From a virus, in IMG/VR virus record IMGVR_UViG_3300042373_001362, positions 84,356-148,355 of that record: DNA of 64,000 nucleotides. One strand, written 5' to 3'. Shown piece after piece: positions 30,504-41,954 of the stretch; within the stretch, counting starts at the first letter, position 1; each line of letters starts with the position of its first letter. Position numbers and translations under genes: made by a program. The notes under the pieces are model-generated. The model ran no database searches, was not told the DNA's origin, and saw only the letters and a list, made by a program, of their open reading frames with translations.

Positions 30504-30569
30504 TTTTGCCCGACAAGAGCCCCGATGGCTAACTTGTCGGGCAAGGGTGGGTCGGAGTAAGGTGGAGGT

Positions 30570-30734
30570 ATGAACACGGCACCAGAAAAACTGACCAACC
30601 ACCAAATGCTCAACAAGATTGAGGAAGTGATGAACTCCTTCGAGCATCGCCAAGACTGGAGCGACACGGACAGGAAGGTCTTCCTCAGCCTCCACGAGGC
30701 TTGGAAGGCACTCGCTGAAGCAGTCGCCCTCTAG
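30570..30734 (+). CDS. 54-aa leaderless cassette gene, not in the ORF track
   Basis: ATG at +36 from promoter 30534. Confidence 0.6.
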   Translation: MNTAPEKLTNHQMLNKIEEVMNSFEHRQDWSDTDRKVFLSLHEAWKALAEAVAL

Positions 30735-30846
30735 GAAGTGAACGCCCCTCCAGTGGGGGCGTTCTTTCTACGCAAGCCCCGTTTGCGTAGAAAGAACGCT
30801 TGTGGCTGATTTGTCGGCTAAGGGTGGGTCGGTGTAAGGTTTGGGT

Positions 30847-31155
30847 ATGGAAACAACAGCGACAACAAAAGCAGCAATCATCGCAGAGTGGTACGACAAC
30901 CGCTTCGGTGCGGAAGTGTTCGGAGCACTCATCAACATTCTCCGTCTCGCAGGAGCAACGGAGTTCACAATCCCAACCGCTTGGCTTGACTTTCAGCCCA
31001 ACGGTCGGGAAGGCGAGATTGCTTTCCGCTTCGCCCACACGCTCTCTTGGGAGAACGGTGAGACAGCACCAGTCATCAAGGCTCTCCGTGAAGTAGCCCG
31101 TATCAAGTCGGTGGATTGGGACACAGACGCTCCGAGAGATTGGGACTACGACTAG
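30847..31155 (+). CDS. Cassette hypothetical protein
   Basis: Leaderless ATG at +36 from 30811. Confidence 0.7.
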   Translation: METTATTKAAIIAEWYDNRFGAEVFGALINILRLAGATEFTIPTAWLDFQPNGREGEIAFRFAHTLSWENGETAPVIKALREVARIKSVDWDTDAPRDWDYD

Positions 31156-31198
31156 TCCCAACTTGTCGGCTAAGGGTGGGGTGAACTAAGGTATGGGT

Positions 31199-31396
31199 AT
31201 GACATCAACAGCGAAATGGATTAGCGAACTCCCAACAGTAGAGGAGTGCGACAAGGAGATTGCTCGCCTCTCTTACTGGCTGGAAACAAAGCGATACGAG
31301 ATGAGCGCACGAGAGGCAGTTGCCCTCGCTGACCGTATTCGGACTTGGGAGAAAAAGCGCATTTGGGCGAGACGCTACGGAAAGTGTGACTACTGA
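31199..31396 (+). CDS. Cassette hypothetical protein
   Basis: Leaderless ATG at +36 from 31163. Confidence 0.65.
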   Translation: MTSTAKWISELPTVEECDKEIARLSYWLETKRYEMSAREAVALADRIRTWEKKRIWARRYGKCDY

Positions 31397-31790
31397 TGAA
31401 GAAGTACAGCGCAACAATCTCTCTGTTCATTGACGAGTTTGAGGCAGAGGACAGAGAGAGTGCTAGGGCGATTGTCGGCAAATACATTGACCACCTCATT
31501 GACATTTGTGAGGTCAATGAGGGCGAACTCACTTGGGGTGGGGTAGACGAGTCAATAGAAGAAGAACAGTAAGAGAGACGGGGCTCTCTTACTTCTTTTT
31601 CTTTATCGTGTAGCCGTTTGCTTTGAGGTCTTTGACTATCCGTTCTGGAATGCCACCCCAAATGGGGATACCAGAAGAGGCCAGTGAGCGAGCGATAATG
31701 TCAAGCTTTTTCTTACGGTGGAGTTGTCTGAACATTCTGAAAGCATACAACGATTTGTCGGCCTGGGGTGGGGTGGACTAAGATTTAGGT

Positions 31791-31970
31791 ATGGACAGCG
31801 ACAAAGACCTGATGGAACTACTGGAACAGATAGAGAAGATTATGCGCCCACTGGCCGAGTGCTGTGGGAAAATCCCACAAGGCGTATGGTTAGAGCGCAC
31901 CTACTGCGTTTACTGCGAGATGAGTGCCGAGTGGTGCCAGTGTGATGTGTCCGACTTCTGCGACTGCTAG
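31791..31970 (+). CDS. Cys-rich cassette gene, not in the ORF track
   Basis: Leaderless ATG at +36 from 31755. Confidence 0.55.
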   Translation: MDSDKDLMELLEQIEKIMRPLAECCGKIPQGVWLERTYCVYCEMSAEWCQCDVSDFCDC

Positions 31971-32072
31971 CAATCGGCCAGACATCTGACGGCCTTGCTA
32001 CGCAGGCACGAGGCCGGGGCTACGTGCCTGCGTGATTTGTCGGTCGAGGGTGGGTCGGAGTAATGTGTGTGT

Positions 32073-32390
32073 ATGGAAACAAACAGCACATACCCAACAC
32101 CCGAAGCCCAAGCAGTAGCCGAAGGCACAACCGTTCACGAGAGTGGAGCAATCTCTCTCGACAACCCAGCAAGCATTGAGCACTTGCGTTTCGTGAGCGC
32201 AATCAGCGCACTCTCACTCGAAGCAAAGACGGGAATGAAAATGACCCGAGTCCCAATGACACGCTTTTGCCGTGAGAACTACGGAACAACGAAGCGCACC
32301 CTGAAGGGTTGCTTGCGTGAGATGCTCGACCTCTACAAAGAGGTGTACGGGCGTGAGAGCGAGTTTGAGAAGTCCTACAGCCAACTGTAG
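32073..32390 (+). CDS. Cassette hypothetical protein
   Basis: Leaderless ATG at +36 from 32037. Confidence 0.7.
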   Translation: METNSTYPTPEAQAVAEGTTVHESGAISLDNPASIEHLRFVSAISALSLEAKTGMKMTRVPMTRFCRENYGTTKRTLKGCLREMLDLYKEVYGRESEFEKSYSQL

Positions 32391-32491
32391 AACTCTCGAC
32401 CACAGGAACGGCAGCCTGTGGTCGACAAACCCCCTGAGCCCCGGCTATTGGGGGTTTGTCGGTTTGGGGTGGGTACTGATAAAGTGGAATC

Positions 32492-32731
32492 GTGAACAGC
32501 AAGCCAAACTCAATTTTTGACATTTTCGTAGACGGTTGCGAATGCGACAACTGCCAAGAGAAAGTGTCAAAGCCAGACCTATTCGCCAACATCATCACGG
32601 TCAATGGAAAAAGCTCCATTCAGGTGTTCAACAGCGATTACAAGCATTTAGAAGCAGTCAAGTACTCAAGCATCTTTGATGCTATGGCAGTCATTAGAGA
32701 GAACGGTCTAACGCTCCTAGCGTCAATCTGA
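32492..32731 (+). CDS. Cassette hypothetical protein
   Basis: GTG at +36 from 32456; coupled to 32731..32943. Confidence 0.6.
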   Translation: MNSKPNSIFDIFVDGCECDNCQEKVSKPDLFANIITVNGKSSIQVFNSDYKHLEAVKYSSIFDAMAVIRENGLTLLASI

Positions 32732-33109
32732 TGACATACAACGAGTTTCTATTCCACTTCATCAAGAGCCTCCCCAATGACGGAGAGACGCGCATTGGAC
32801 AGCACTACTTCAACACGCTCAACGAAGTACGGCCAGAAATAGCCAAGAGAATCAGAGCGATGAAGATTGACCCGTTCTATTTGAACTCAGTCCCCGAAGA
32901 AACGGAAAAGGTGGTACGGGGCTTATGGGAGCAGAAGCTGTGAACTTGTCGGTTTGGGGTGGGGTGAACTAATCTGTGTGTATGGACAGCGATTACCAAA
33001 ACGAATACCAAGACCATTGCGAAGACCTCGCAAACTCTTTCCTCTGTGACACGGCAGAACCAAAAGAACAGCCCGATTACGGAGACATTGAGAGCGATGG
33101 AGTTTTCTA

Positions 33110-33463
33110 ATGGGAGTATTTGAGCAAGCACAAGAAGAGATGTGGAGAAACGCCGTGAGCGTTCGCATCTCACCGATTGACCTTCCCGATGAACCAATGA
33201 GCGAATGGATGTGGGATGTTGAGATTGTCGTTCCAAATAATCAGTGGGAGAACTCTGATGAAGATGGGAACTTCACGATTGAGCAATGTGGCATTGACTC
33301 TTTTCATTCGCTTGAGTCAGCTTTTGAGTGGGCGTACAAGTGGCTCAAGGGTCGTGGCTATGATGTCTCCAACATTGAACTTTCATTGACCTCAATGGTG
33401 GGCAGTGGGATTACTCACAACAACGATTTACAAAAAGTTATGGAAGCGAGAACAAATGCTTGA
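33110..33463 (+). CDS. Hypothetical protein
   Basis: Coupled to the 42-aa leaderless ORF 32982..33110. Confidence 0.6.
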   Translation: MGVFEQAQEEMWRNAVSVRISPIDLPDEPMSEWMWDVEIVVPNNQWENSDEDGNFTIEQCGIDSFHSLESAFEWAYKWLKGRGYDVSNIELSLTSMVGSGITHNNDLQKVMEARTNA

Positions 33464-33836
33464 GGCATTGCCAAAGGAATGTAGTGAGTGCGGGGCTCAC
33501 TACCCATCACACCAGCAAGAAGGTCGCTTTATTGACTACGGGTGGTCTTTCAACTACCTCACTCTCGGTCACTACGGAGGATTTACCGATTGCGTTCCCG
33601 ACAGGGGAGATGATTGGGATGATGAGAAATACATTGTCCACCTTTGCCACGATTGCTGTCTGAAACTAATACGGGCATTGCCTAGTGTCTTTAGAAAAGC
33701 TCTCGGTGACTTAGGTTGTCATCCAGGCAATGTCGGACAGCCAGCGTGCTGTGAGTATGCGTGGACAACAGACAATTCAGGCTTTCACTACAGAGGGTCG
33801 GCTGATGGCTCTTGGACTTTGGTTGGTAAGGACTGA
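33456..33836 (+). CDS. Cys-rich hypothetical protein
   Basis: CSEC..LCHDCC. Confidence 0.6.
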   Translation: MLEALPKECSECGAHYPSHQQEGRFIDYGWSFNYLTLGHYGGFTDCVPDRGDDWDDEKYIVHLCHDCCLKLIRALPSVFRKALGDLGCHPGNVGQPACCEYAWTTDNSGFHYRGSADGSWTLVGKD

Positions 33837-34151
33837 TGTACCATTGAGTACATGAGTGAAGAGCAACAGCCAAAAGAACAGCCACAAAAAGCTGAGAAAA
33901 AAGTTACCGAGGTGAACATCACCAAGCCCCGTCCCGGGAAGCTAAGGACAACAGTTATTCGGAAGGTTTGTTGCCGTCGCGGAAGATAAGCCACTGTCCG
34001 TAGCAAGAGTTGAGAACAGCGCACAAAATAAGAATTATCGCTAATACTGTCCCTACAAAGAAAGACATGTAAGCGATAACAAGACTCAATCCAATGTGAA
34101 GCAACCCCTTCATGACGGGGTCTTCAGGAATCCATCTATCAATAACTGAAA

Positions 34152-34391
34152 TCAGCTTTTCCAATGGTTTCTCCACTGACTAGGTGAATGACCTTCCTCA
34201 GCCTCTGCTTTATCTTCCGGAGATTCATAAAGACGAATGGCGTGGATACATGGGTCTCCACCTTCTTCCCACATTTCTTCTTCTGCTTTTGTCTGTGGCA
34301 ATCCGTCATGGGTTTCGCAAAGAGGTGGTGAACACCAACCTTGTTGCATGCCATAGGTAATCCATTCGTCAAAGTTGTTTATCTCGGCCAT
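34152..34391 (-). CDS. Hypothetical protein
   Basis: GWCSPPLCETHDGLP..GGDPCIH. Confidence 0.6.
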   Translation of the reverse strand: MAEINNFDEWITYGMQQGWCSPPLCETHDGLPQTKAEEEMWEEGGDPCIHAIRLYESPEDKAEAEEGHSPSQWRNHWKS

Positions 34392-34733
34392 GTCTAATCC
34401 TTAGAAAAGTGTTGGGTCATTGTCTACGCCGTCTTTGACGCAGTACTCATGAATGTATCGGAAATCTTCTGTAATTATTGAATGGACGCTTCTGCCTTTT
34501 CCCTTCAACCAAACCGTAGCTTGCCGGACGACAGTGCTCGAGTTTCTATCTAAGGGATGGCCACACTTCTCACAATAATAAAGCGATGGCATTTTCATGG
34601 TTCGCATCTTATAGGAATAGCCCCGCTATTCCTACACACAGGGAGAAGGGCGAAACTTGTCGGCTAAGGGTGGGGTCTTGCTAAACTGGCAAAGCCGAAA
34701 GGCACACAGCGAAAAACAGCGAAAGGAAAAGCA

Positions 34734-35087
34734 GTGGCACTTACAGCACAGGAACTTGCGAAGCTCCCGATTTGGGAAGCAGAAGCGTTCGGGCGTTGGC
34801 TCGCAGGCGAAGCGTTTGATGACGGTTCTGACGATTATTACGATTCTTCCGAGGGAGAACTTTACGCCGAGTTCGTCTCATCTTGGGTTTCGGGTGGAGG
34901 TCTTTACTCTGACGCCTCTCGGGCGTGGAATTCAGGTATCGCTCACCGTAACGGTTACGCTTCAGCTCCCGAGGGAGATTACGAGGAACGCCCTGATTGG
35001 CTTCCTCGTTACGGCACCCCTGAATGGGAAGCTTACGAGCTTGCGATGGACGCACGAGATTACATGGAAGAAATGCGAGGTTATTAG
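34734..35087 (+). CDS. Acidic hypothetical protein
   Basis: Promoter 34657, short leader with AAGGA SD, GTG start. Confidence 0.65.
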   Translation: MALTAQELAKLPIWEAEAFGRWLAGEAFDDGSDDYYDSSEGELYAEFVSSWVSGGGLYSDASRAWNSGIAHRNGYASAPEGDYEERPDWLPRYGTPEWEAYELAMDARDYMEEMRGY

Positions 35088-35549
35088 GATGCGAGCGATT
35101 CACAACACACCAATTCCCGACGAGCAAGAGTTCCCTATCCCCGACGATTGCGTTTGCGACGGTGACGAGCTTTGCGAAGCTTGTCAGCGTGTCATCGCCG
35201 ACGACCTGCGTCAGCAGGAGGAAGAGGAGGCGGGGCTCCTCTTGTACTTGTCGGTTGAGGGTGGGGACTAATAAAATTAGGTCATGCTGATAACGACATA
35301 TTGCAAAAACGAAAAGTGCGCTGAATTTGAGAACGACTTTGACGACCAAGAAGTTGATTTAGACGGCGATTACACACTCAAGGATTGGGTTGAGTACGAA
35401 TGGGATTGCCCAGAGTGTGGAGAGACCAGCACCCACTATGAGCAAGCGAAAGACCTGCATCATGGTTATTGGTCAGATGACTACTAACCGATAACGCAAT
35501 GCTTGTTGCGCTATCTAAAGGTATAGACGGGGCTATACCTTTAGATAGA

Positions 35550-35861
35550 TTATCGCAGAGCTTCTTTTCCTTCTTCAGTGATTTCGCAAACCTGCATCGC
35601 CGAACCGGCCGAAGAAGGTCGAGTTTCACCGGTAGGAACAATCAAGCCGTTAGCACGAAGTTCTGAGCACCTCTTCCAATAGCAACACTTTGGCTTCGAA
35701 GCAAGTCCAGTGGCTATGCCAGCTTCCTCATCAGTTAGACCACCGTGTAAATATTCAGCAAGTAACAGCATCGCTTGTGAGCGTTTACGAGGCTTGACAT
35801 CTTCAGCACCCATCGCCGAAGTGGCCGGGTCTGCACTACGAAACATTGGTAAGTCGTTCAT
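35550..35861 (-). CDS. Winged-HTH-like protein
   Basis: RSADPATS..GLTDEEAG..KRCSELRANGLI. Confidence 0.55.
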   Translation of the reverse strand: MNDLPMFRSADPATSAMGAEDVKPRKRSQAMLLLAEYLHGGLTDEEAGIATGLASKPKCCYWKRCSELRANGLIVPTGETRPSSAGSAMQVCEITEEGKEALR

Positions 35862-36361
35862 AAGTTTCCTTCTATTTGTTTTCAAGTCTAAACATTATGC
35901 CAAGCGTTTGAACATCTGTCAATCTCACCACTACGGGAGCCCCGCCCCCGTAGTGGTGAGATTTGTCGGCTAGGGGTGGGTCGTGATAAGTTGTTTACAG
36001 ACAAGGAAGTAAGCCAAGTCGGTGGGGAAGCCTAGAAAGCACCACATTGTTGAAGCCGAGAGGTGGAGATGTGAATGACGGTGTAGCCCACATAAAAACC
36101 ACCCAATAACAGCGAAAGAGAAAAAATGGGATACGACTACGATTACGACTGGGACGACCGAGACGAACTCGCAGGTCATCACGCCGCAGGCGCAGCCGAG
36201 GCACGAGCTGAGGACGAGCTGGACTGGGAAGAGGAGGAATAACCAGTCCCCTACGGGCGTAGCCCCGGCTTACCCCGTAGGGGTGATTTGTCGGTTAGGG
36301 GTTGTCTTTGCGAGAATGTAGGAGTGAACTCCATTGGGGGGTTCAGGAAGGAACAGCGATT

Positions 36362-36625
36362 ATGTGTCAATGTGAAGACCGACCCTGTTGTGGTCACCCA
36401 GCAGAGGAACTTGCTGATGCTCGTTATTGGGCAGAGCGTGAGTATTACGGCGATGATTATGACCGTGATTACGACGAATACGACGGAAGCGACGAACGCT
36501 GTGAGGGCTGTGGGGGAACATTTGATGACCCTGAAGACGACGAAGCGTGTCTCTGTCGTGGCACCGATGGCTCTTGGGGGCGTGAAGACTCTGCTCTTGA
36601 GTCGTCCATTTTCGGAGATTGCTAG
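36362..36625 (+). CDS. Acidic Cys-rich cassette protein
   Basis: Promoter 36288; MCQCEDRPCCGH. Confidence 0.6.
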   Translation: MCQCEDRPCCGHPAEELADARYWAEREYYGDDYDRDYDEYDGSDERCEGCGGTFDDPEDDEACLCRGTDGSWGREDSALESSIFGDC

Positions 36626-37122
36626 ATAGGCTCTAGACAGTTGTAGGGGGTGGGTGTCCTGGATATTCGCCCACCCCCTAACAACCTCTCACCATTTGCG
36701 GTGGGGCGATGCGGTCTTTGGGGCAACCACATAGTCAAGACCCTAACAGCAGCGGGGCTGCTGTAGTGAAAGAATCCGAGCTGATAAATAATTCTGATTA
36801 GTTCTGACATTGTTTGACGCAAGGTCACTTCTATTAGGTATGACGGCACTTATCCCTTCACCATCTGCTTACCATTCCAAGTCCCCTGATGAGTGGACAC
36901 CACGAGACCTCTTTGAGCGTGAGGTGGATTGGTATTGTCAAGGCCATAGCCGTGTTCGCTACCGTTCTAAGGAATGGATTGAGTTCACAGAACGCTTTGT
37001 ACCGTATTGTGAAGATTGGAACGGCTGTTGGGTTGCTGAGGAAGCGTGGCGTGAGTTCACGCTCTATCTAACTCTCCCTGAAGGCGAGTACTACCCTGAT
37101 GAATACCCTGAGGGGTGGCACT

Positions 37123-37554
37123 TCAGACGAGGCTATTAGAGTCTGAATCTACCCACACATACGGAAGGTCATCGGGTATGCCTTCCCAAATACCACCATA
37201 GAACTCAGGTGCTTTACGAATGAGATTACTTCTATGGGAATCAACAATGTCCATACGACCCCACCATTCAGGAAGGTCTGTTTCATCGGGCTTTACTAAC
37301 TCAACAATTTTGTCCATTGTCGTGTCTTTGTAACCTCTTGACTTCCACTCAAGACACATAGCAACTCCATAGGCAGACAGCCCCGGCAAGTTGTCTGCCC
37401 ACATACGAGAAGCTGGGTGGTTTCTCCAACCGTTTGTCATTCCTAGATTCGCACGAAGAATCTGAAATGTCTCGACCCGTTGTTTTCCTAGCCTTCGATA
37501 ATCGAGAACCTTTGCAATGCTTTGGAAATCTAGTTCGGGAACAAATACTTGCAT
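37123..37554 (-). CDS. MSMEG_6728-family / pyrimidine-dimer glycosylase-like protein
   Basis: MQVFVP..LDYRRLGKQRVETFQIL..HPASRMW..SHRSNLIRK. Confidence 0.8.
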   Translation of the reverse strand: MQVFVPELDFQSIAKVLDYRRLGKQRVETFQILRANLGMTNGWRNHPASRMWADNLPGLSAYGVAMCLEWKSRGYKDTTMDKIVELVKPDETDLPEWWGRMDIVDSHRSNLIRKAPEFYGGIWEGIPDDLPYVWVDSDSNSLV

Positions 37555-37679
37555 AAAATCTCTTTTCAGTAGGCGGCCAACGATAGTCACACTTTTACTA
37601 ATTAGCAACACAACTACGGGGCTCAGCCCTTGATTGTTGCGATTTGTCGGCTAAGGGTGGGCGTTGCTAAATTGTTCGT

Positions 37680-37901
37680 ATGGAAACAGCAACACAAACA
37701 GACCACCCGTACCTAGTCCAATTACGTGACGAAGACGGCGCACCTATCGGTGCTCTTTACTTTCGCAACCTTGCGAACGCACAGGGCTACGCCTTCACAA
37801 TGCTCGGACACGAAAAGAGCACAGGGCTCGTTTGCTCGGCAGAAATTATGACGAAGCAAGCAGATGGTTGTTACATCGTCACAGAAGAAATGGAGTACTA
37901 G
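37680..37901 (+). CDS. Cassette hypothetical protein
   Basis: Leaderless ATG at +36 from 37644. Confidence 0.7.
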   Translation: METATQTDHPYLVQLRDEDGAPIGALYFRNLANAQGYAFTMLGHEKSTGLVCSAEIMTKQADGCYIVTEEMEY

Positions 37902-37903
37902 AA

Positions 37904-38302
37904 ATGGGCGACAGGGCAGTAACAGGATTTAGGGAGACACCCGAATCACCAACGATTTTCATTTACCAACATTGGGTAAATGGTGACCAGTGTGACGTTC
38001 TAGCAAGCGCATTAGAAGCGTCACGCCCTAGGTGGAAAGATGATTCATACGCCACCCGTATCTGTCTCTCTCAAATTGTTGGGGAGAGTTGGAATGGTGA
38101 ATTGGGCTACGGCATTTACGCAAGTGGCACATCACACGGTGCCGATTACGATTACATTTTGGTAGTTGATTGGTCTCGTATGGTTGTGATGGTTTGTCGC
38201 AATGATGATTCGGATTCAGTAATTGGAGAATTGTCTTTTGACGATTTTCTTCTACACCCACAAACAGCAGTATCCGACATTCTTGACAGCGTGAGGAGTT
38301 GA
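37904..38302 (+). CDS. Phage hypothetical protein (MGDRA..IYQHW)
   Basis: Follows the cassette gene directly. Confidence 0.65.
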   Translation: MGDRAVTGFRETPESPTIFIYQHWVNGDQCDVLASALEASRPRWKDDSYATRICLSQIVGESWNGELGYGIYASGTSHGADYDYILVVDWSRMVVMVCRNDDSDSVIGELSFDDFLLHPQTAVSDILDSVRS

Positions 38303-39011
38303 TAACAGGGGGAGCCCCGTCTCCCCCTGTTATTGGATTTGTCGGTTGAGGGTGGGTCTTGCTAATCTGATTACATGAACACAGCGACAGACATTCAGTT
38401 AGCAGAAGCACTACTCACGAGCCTTGCCCGTGTGATTGTGCGAAACTCAAAAGACCACGATGAAATGGTTTCACAGTTCATCACCACTTGCACCACCTAT
38501 CGCATTGAGTTGATGACCAACATGGCAGAGAACCTTTGGCAGAAGGTTCTCACCGTTCAGGAAGGAAACAAGTAATGGCTTGCCGATGCGACTCACTTGG
38601 GTATCAGTGCCCTGATTGCGACAGGTTCTACACCAACAGCGAACGCTACGCACACATTCACGATGCGAAGTTTGACCGTAATGGCAACTTCACAGGGCGT
38701 GACAGTTGGAAAGACAACGATGAGTTTTTTGATGGGGACTGGGACGACTAATGGGATTATTTACTTCCTACGTTTTTTATCGTGTTGGCAAGAGTCGTGG
38801 CGAGCGAAAAGCGAGACAACGAGACCACGGGGCTCCGGCTTGTTATGACGAGCGGTGCGATGATTACTACTACTGCAAAGCAAGTGAGAACTGCAACGGT
38901 CAATGCACTTACGAGAATCAAGAGTAGCTCTCGCTTGCGCAGCCCCGCTGCGCAATAAGCACGGCCATTCTCGATTTGTCGGTTAGGGGTTGACGTTGCT
39001 AATCTTTGAGC

Positions 39012-39449
39012 ATGGAAACAGCAACACACGCCGAGCAGATTCTGCAGGCAGACCGTACTATCAGAGACCGCAAGGTTACTTACGTCTGGAAGAATCAGAC
39101 TCTCGATAAGGATTGGGACGGCACGCCTGCAGGCGAACAAGTCGAGATAGAACTACGTCACGACACCAAGCGCAAGCAATACACCGCAACTATTCGACTT
39201 GTTTGGTGGCAACCTAATGACCGTGGATTTACCGTCACCATGTACGCACCATTCGACAACGTGACTTATCCGTCTTCACGCTTTCATAGTCAAGGCGTGA
39301 ACCGATACAGCGATAAGTCGTTTGCGCAATTCGAGACAGATTCTCTTTCTATTGTTTCTGAAGTTCTGCATGAACTCGAGAACTCCGATAGAGACAAGTC
39401 GACAGACACAGTCCTTGTTCGACTACTCGATAAAGTTCTAACTTTCTAA
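39012..39449 (+). CDS. Cassette hypothetical protein
   Basis: Leaderless ATG at +36 from 38976. Confidence 0.7.
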   Translation: METATHAEQILQADRTIRDRKVTYVWKNQTLDKDWDGTPAGEQVEIELRHDTKRKQYTATIRLVWWQPNDRGFTVTMYAPFDNVTYPSSRFHSQGVNRYSDKSFAQFETDSLSIVSEVLHELENSDRDKSTDTVLVRLLDKVLTF

Positions 39450-39563
39450 TCGAGAGAGGCCAAGCATCTTATGGTGCTTGTGTCTCTCCCTACGGGAGAC
39501 GGGGCTCCCGTAGGGAGATTGTCCGGTTTGTCGGTTAGGGGGTGGGCATACTAAGGTGGGTGC

Positions 39564-39842
39564 ATGGAAACAGCGACAACATACACGGTAACCATTTCAG
39601 ACAATGTGTTCTGCGATTGGAGAACGCGCGGCCTTATTGACAACATCAACGAGGACACCGAGCGTTGCGTAATCGTAAAGAGAACGAAAACACTCTGCAC
39701 ACTGACAATGGATAAAGAAGCACTGAACTACCTCATCAGTGACTTGGAATACCAAATAGAAATCATTCAACAGAACGGCGACGGAGATAGTCCGGCAATG
39801 TTCAAGAGGGCACTAGCAAAACTCAACGCAGCGAAAGGATAA
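39564..39842 (+). CDS. Cassette hypothetical protein
   Basis: Leaderless ATG at +36 from 39528. Confidence 0.7.
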   Translation: METATTYTVTISDNVFCDWRTRGLIDNINEDTERCVIVKRTKTLCTLTMDKEALNYLISDLEYQIEIIQQNGDGDSPAMFKRALAKLNAAKG

Positions 39843-40120
39843 AGCAATGCGTAACCCATTCATCATCAAGACCGGCCCAAACGAGGGCTACACCTACTTC
39901 CGTCTCATCAAGGCGAAGGCGTATCTTCGCTACTTGCGTATTCGCTACGCAAGGTAGTCGAGAAGTATCCGGATACTTACAAGCTGAGTATCCGGATACT
40001 TTACCGGCTGCGTGTCCGGCTATTCTTCCCGGTTACAAATCAGCAGCGGGGCTTCTGCTGATTTGTCGGTCGAGGGGTGGCGTTGCTAAGGTGATTACGT
40101 CTACAGCGAAAGGGGACACT

Positions 40121-40414
40121 ATGCCGAACACGGCTATCAAAATCCGTAAAACCAAAAGTGGTAGAGGCGCTATCTACAAACTCGAACCAGCATTGGTTAC
40201 TGAGTCGGGCCCAGTCGAGTACGTCATTTACGAGTGCATCTCGAATAGCCCGACATACGGTGGAATGGTTTCGCCAGTGAAGGTCACAACTCTCGTGGCC
40301 TGCGTACCTTCAGAGAATGGTTACGACACAAAGAGAGCACTTTTCTCTCGCCGATACGACGGCAAGAAACTGTCAGTACAGAAGGCCTTCGAGCAGATTG
40401 GATACTCAGCATGA
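40121..40414 (+). CDS. Cassette hypothetical protein
   Basis: Promoter 40063, short leader with SD; coupled to 40411..40644. Confidence 0.6.
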   Translation: MPNTAIKIRKTKSGRGAIYKLEPALVTESGPVEYVIYECISNSPTYGGMVSPVKVTTLVACVPSENGYDTKRALFSRRYDGKKLSVQKAFEQIGYSA

Positions 40415-41390
40415 AACACTATTTCATTGTTTGCTTCGACGCAGAGTCGAACACTTGGGATTGGGATACGGAGCAAGAGGAGGCCTCACTCACTGACGGC
40501 ACTTGCTTCGATGAGAAATCTGGAGAATGGGTTTACGCCTATCTCGGTGATGGTGAGTACATCGACGACGAAGACCTACTGTCAGAACAACTGTGCAGCC
40601 ATCTCAGAATGATGAACAACGAAAGGAAAGCTGCTGCCGAATAGCGCAGCAAAATTCCGGTGCAGCAAGCGAGCGGGGCTTGCTGCAGGTCGTCGGGAGT
40701 TTGTCGGCTTGGGGTAGGGCCAACTAAGATAAAGACATGGAAACAGCGATGAACATTCAGGTAACAACGGAACACGAAAATTGCGAATACTGCAATAACT
40801 TCATTGACGGAAGTGTTGAGCAATTTCTCTCCGATGACAGGTACAACGTTGCTAGCGGTTACGGGCACATCACTTCTGCTGGTGGCTACGGTGGCACAAC
40901 GGCAGACGGTGTAACTCACTCCGCTATGGTGCGTTGGGCTACGGCCTAACAAAAATTCCGGCAGCGGAAAACACTGCGGCACAAACCAGGCAGCAATGCG
41001 GCCATACATAGGTGCATAGCCCCGCTATGCACCTATGTATTTGTCGGCTTGGGGTGGGCAGTGCTAAGGTAAAGACATGGCAACAGCGAAAACAAAAAAA
41101 CTCAAAGTTCAAGATGTAGTTGGCAACGAAGTGCGTTTGCACTCTCAGCTGTGGATACAGGGATACTGTGACGGTATCTGCACTGGCTACGACAGCAAGC
41201 GTGGAGTGCTCTTCTTCCGTCGTCATGGCCAGCAACTTGATGAGGGTACTTACGAAGTACGCAACATCTCACAGTTTGAATTGCTGTAAGGGAATGAGGG
41301 AACCGAAAGGTTCCCTTTACCCGTATTGAGCCCCGGTATTGGCTGCATCGATTGCGCAGCAGAAATCACTGCGGCACAAAAGTACTGCTG

Positions 41391-41591
41391 CTAGTCTTCC
41401 GGCAAATCGTCGTATTCGTCGAGCCTGGAGATAAGGTCAGCTTTCTCTTCTTCGGTCATCGACAGTGCAGCTTCGCTTGGCCGGTACACCCACTCCCCAT
41501 CTTCTCTCATTGCTACATCGAGCAGCCCGGCTTTCACCATCAGGTATAAGTCGCGGGCCAGGTCATCAGTTGTGTATTCGCTATTTGCCAT
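41391..41591 (-). CDS. Small hypothetical protein, paralog of 23327..23611
   Basis: GLLDVAMREDGEWVYRPSEAALSMTEEE. Confidence 0.55.
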   Translation of the reverse strand: MANSEYTTDDLARDLYLMVKAGLLDVAMREDGEWVYRPSEAALSMTEEEKADLISRLDEYDDLPED

Positions 41592-41678
41592 CCAGGCAGC
41601 ATAGACCGGATGGCAGCAAAAACACGGGGCTCAAAACAGATTTGTCGGTTAGGGGTGGGGGGTAGTAAGGTGGTTCTT

Positions 41679-41885
41679 GTGAGGGAGACCCACCGCCTCT
41701 CCTCCGATACAACCGAATCGCACCAGTCCCTCCGCAGGATAAGGCTCTGGACAGCAAGCCTCTGATGGGCGTACGACCATCAAGCATCCGCCACAGTCCA
41801 CCCGTCCTCCCTCTCGCGCGATAACTGCTCTAGGCTCGGGGGTGCTAGCCCCAGTATCGGAGGTGGGGCGGGGGGTCTTTTTCTT
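41679..41885 (+). ncRNA. Structured non-coding RNA, copy 1 (6S-like rod)
   Basis: Array promoter 41642, no credible ORF; 41681-41710 pairs with 41854-41883; ends in a U-tract; homolog at 43313. Confidence 0.7.
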
Positions 41886-41954
41886 TGTGCCAAAAGCGGG
41901 GCTTGGCACAAAGAAAGTTTGTCGGTCGTGGGTGGCCTGTTCTAAGATTGTCTT

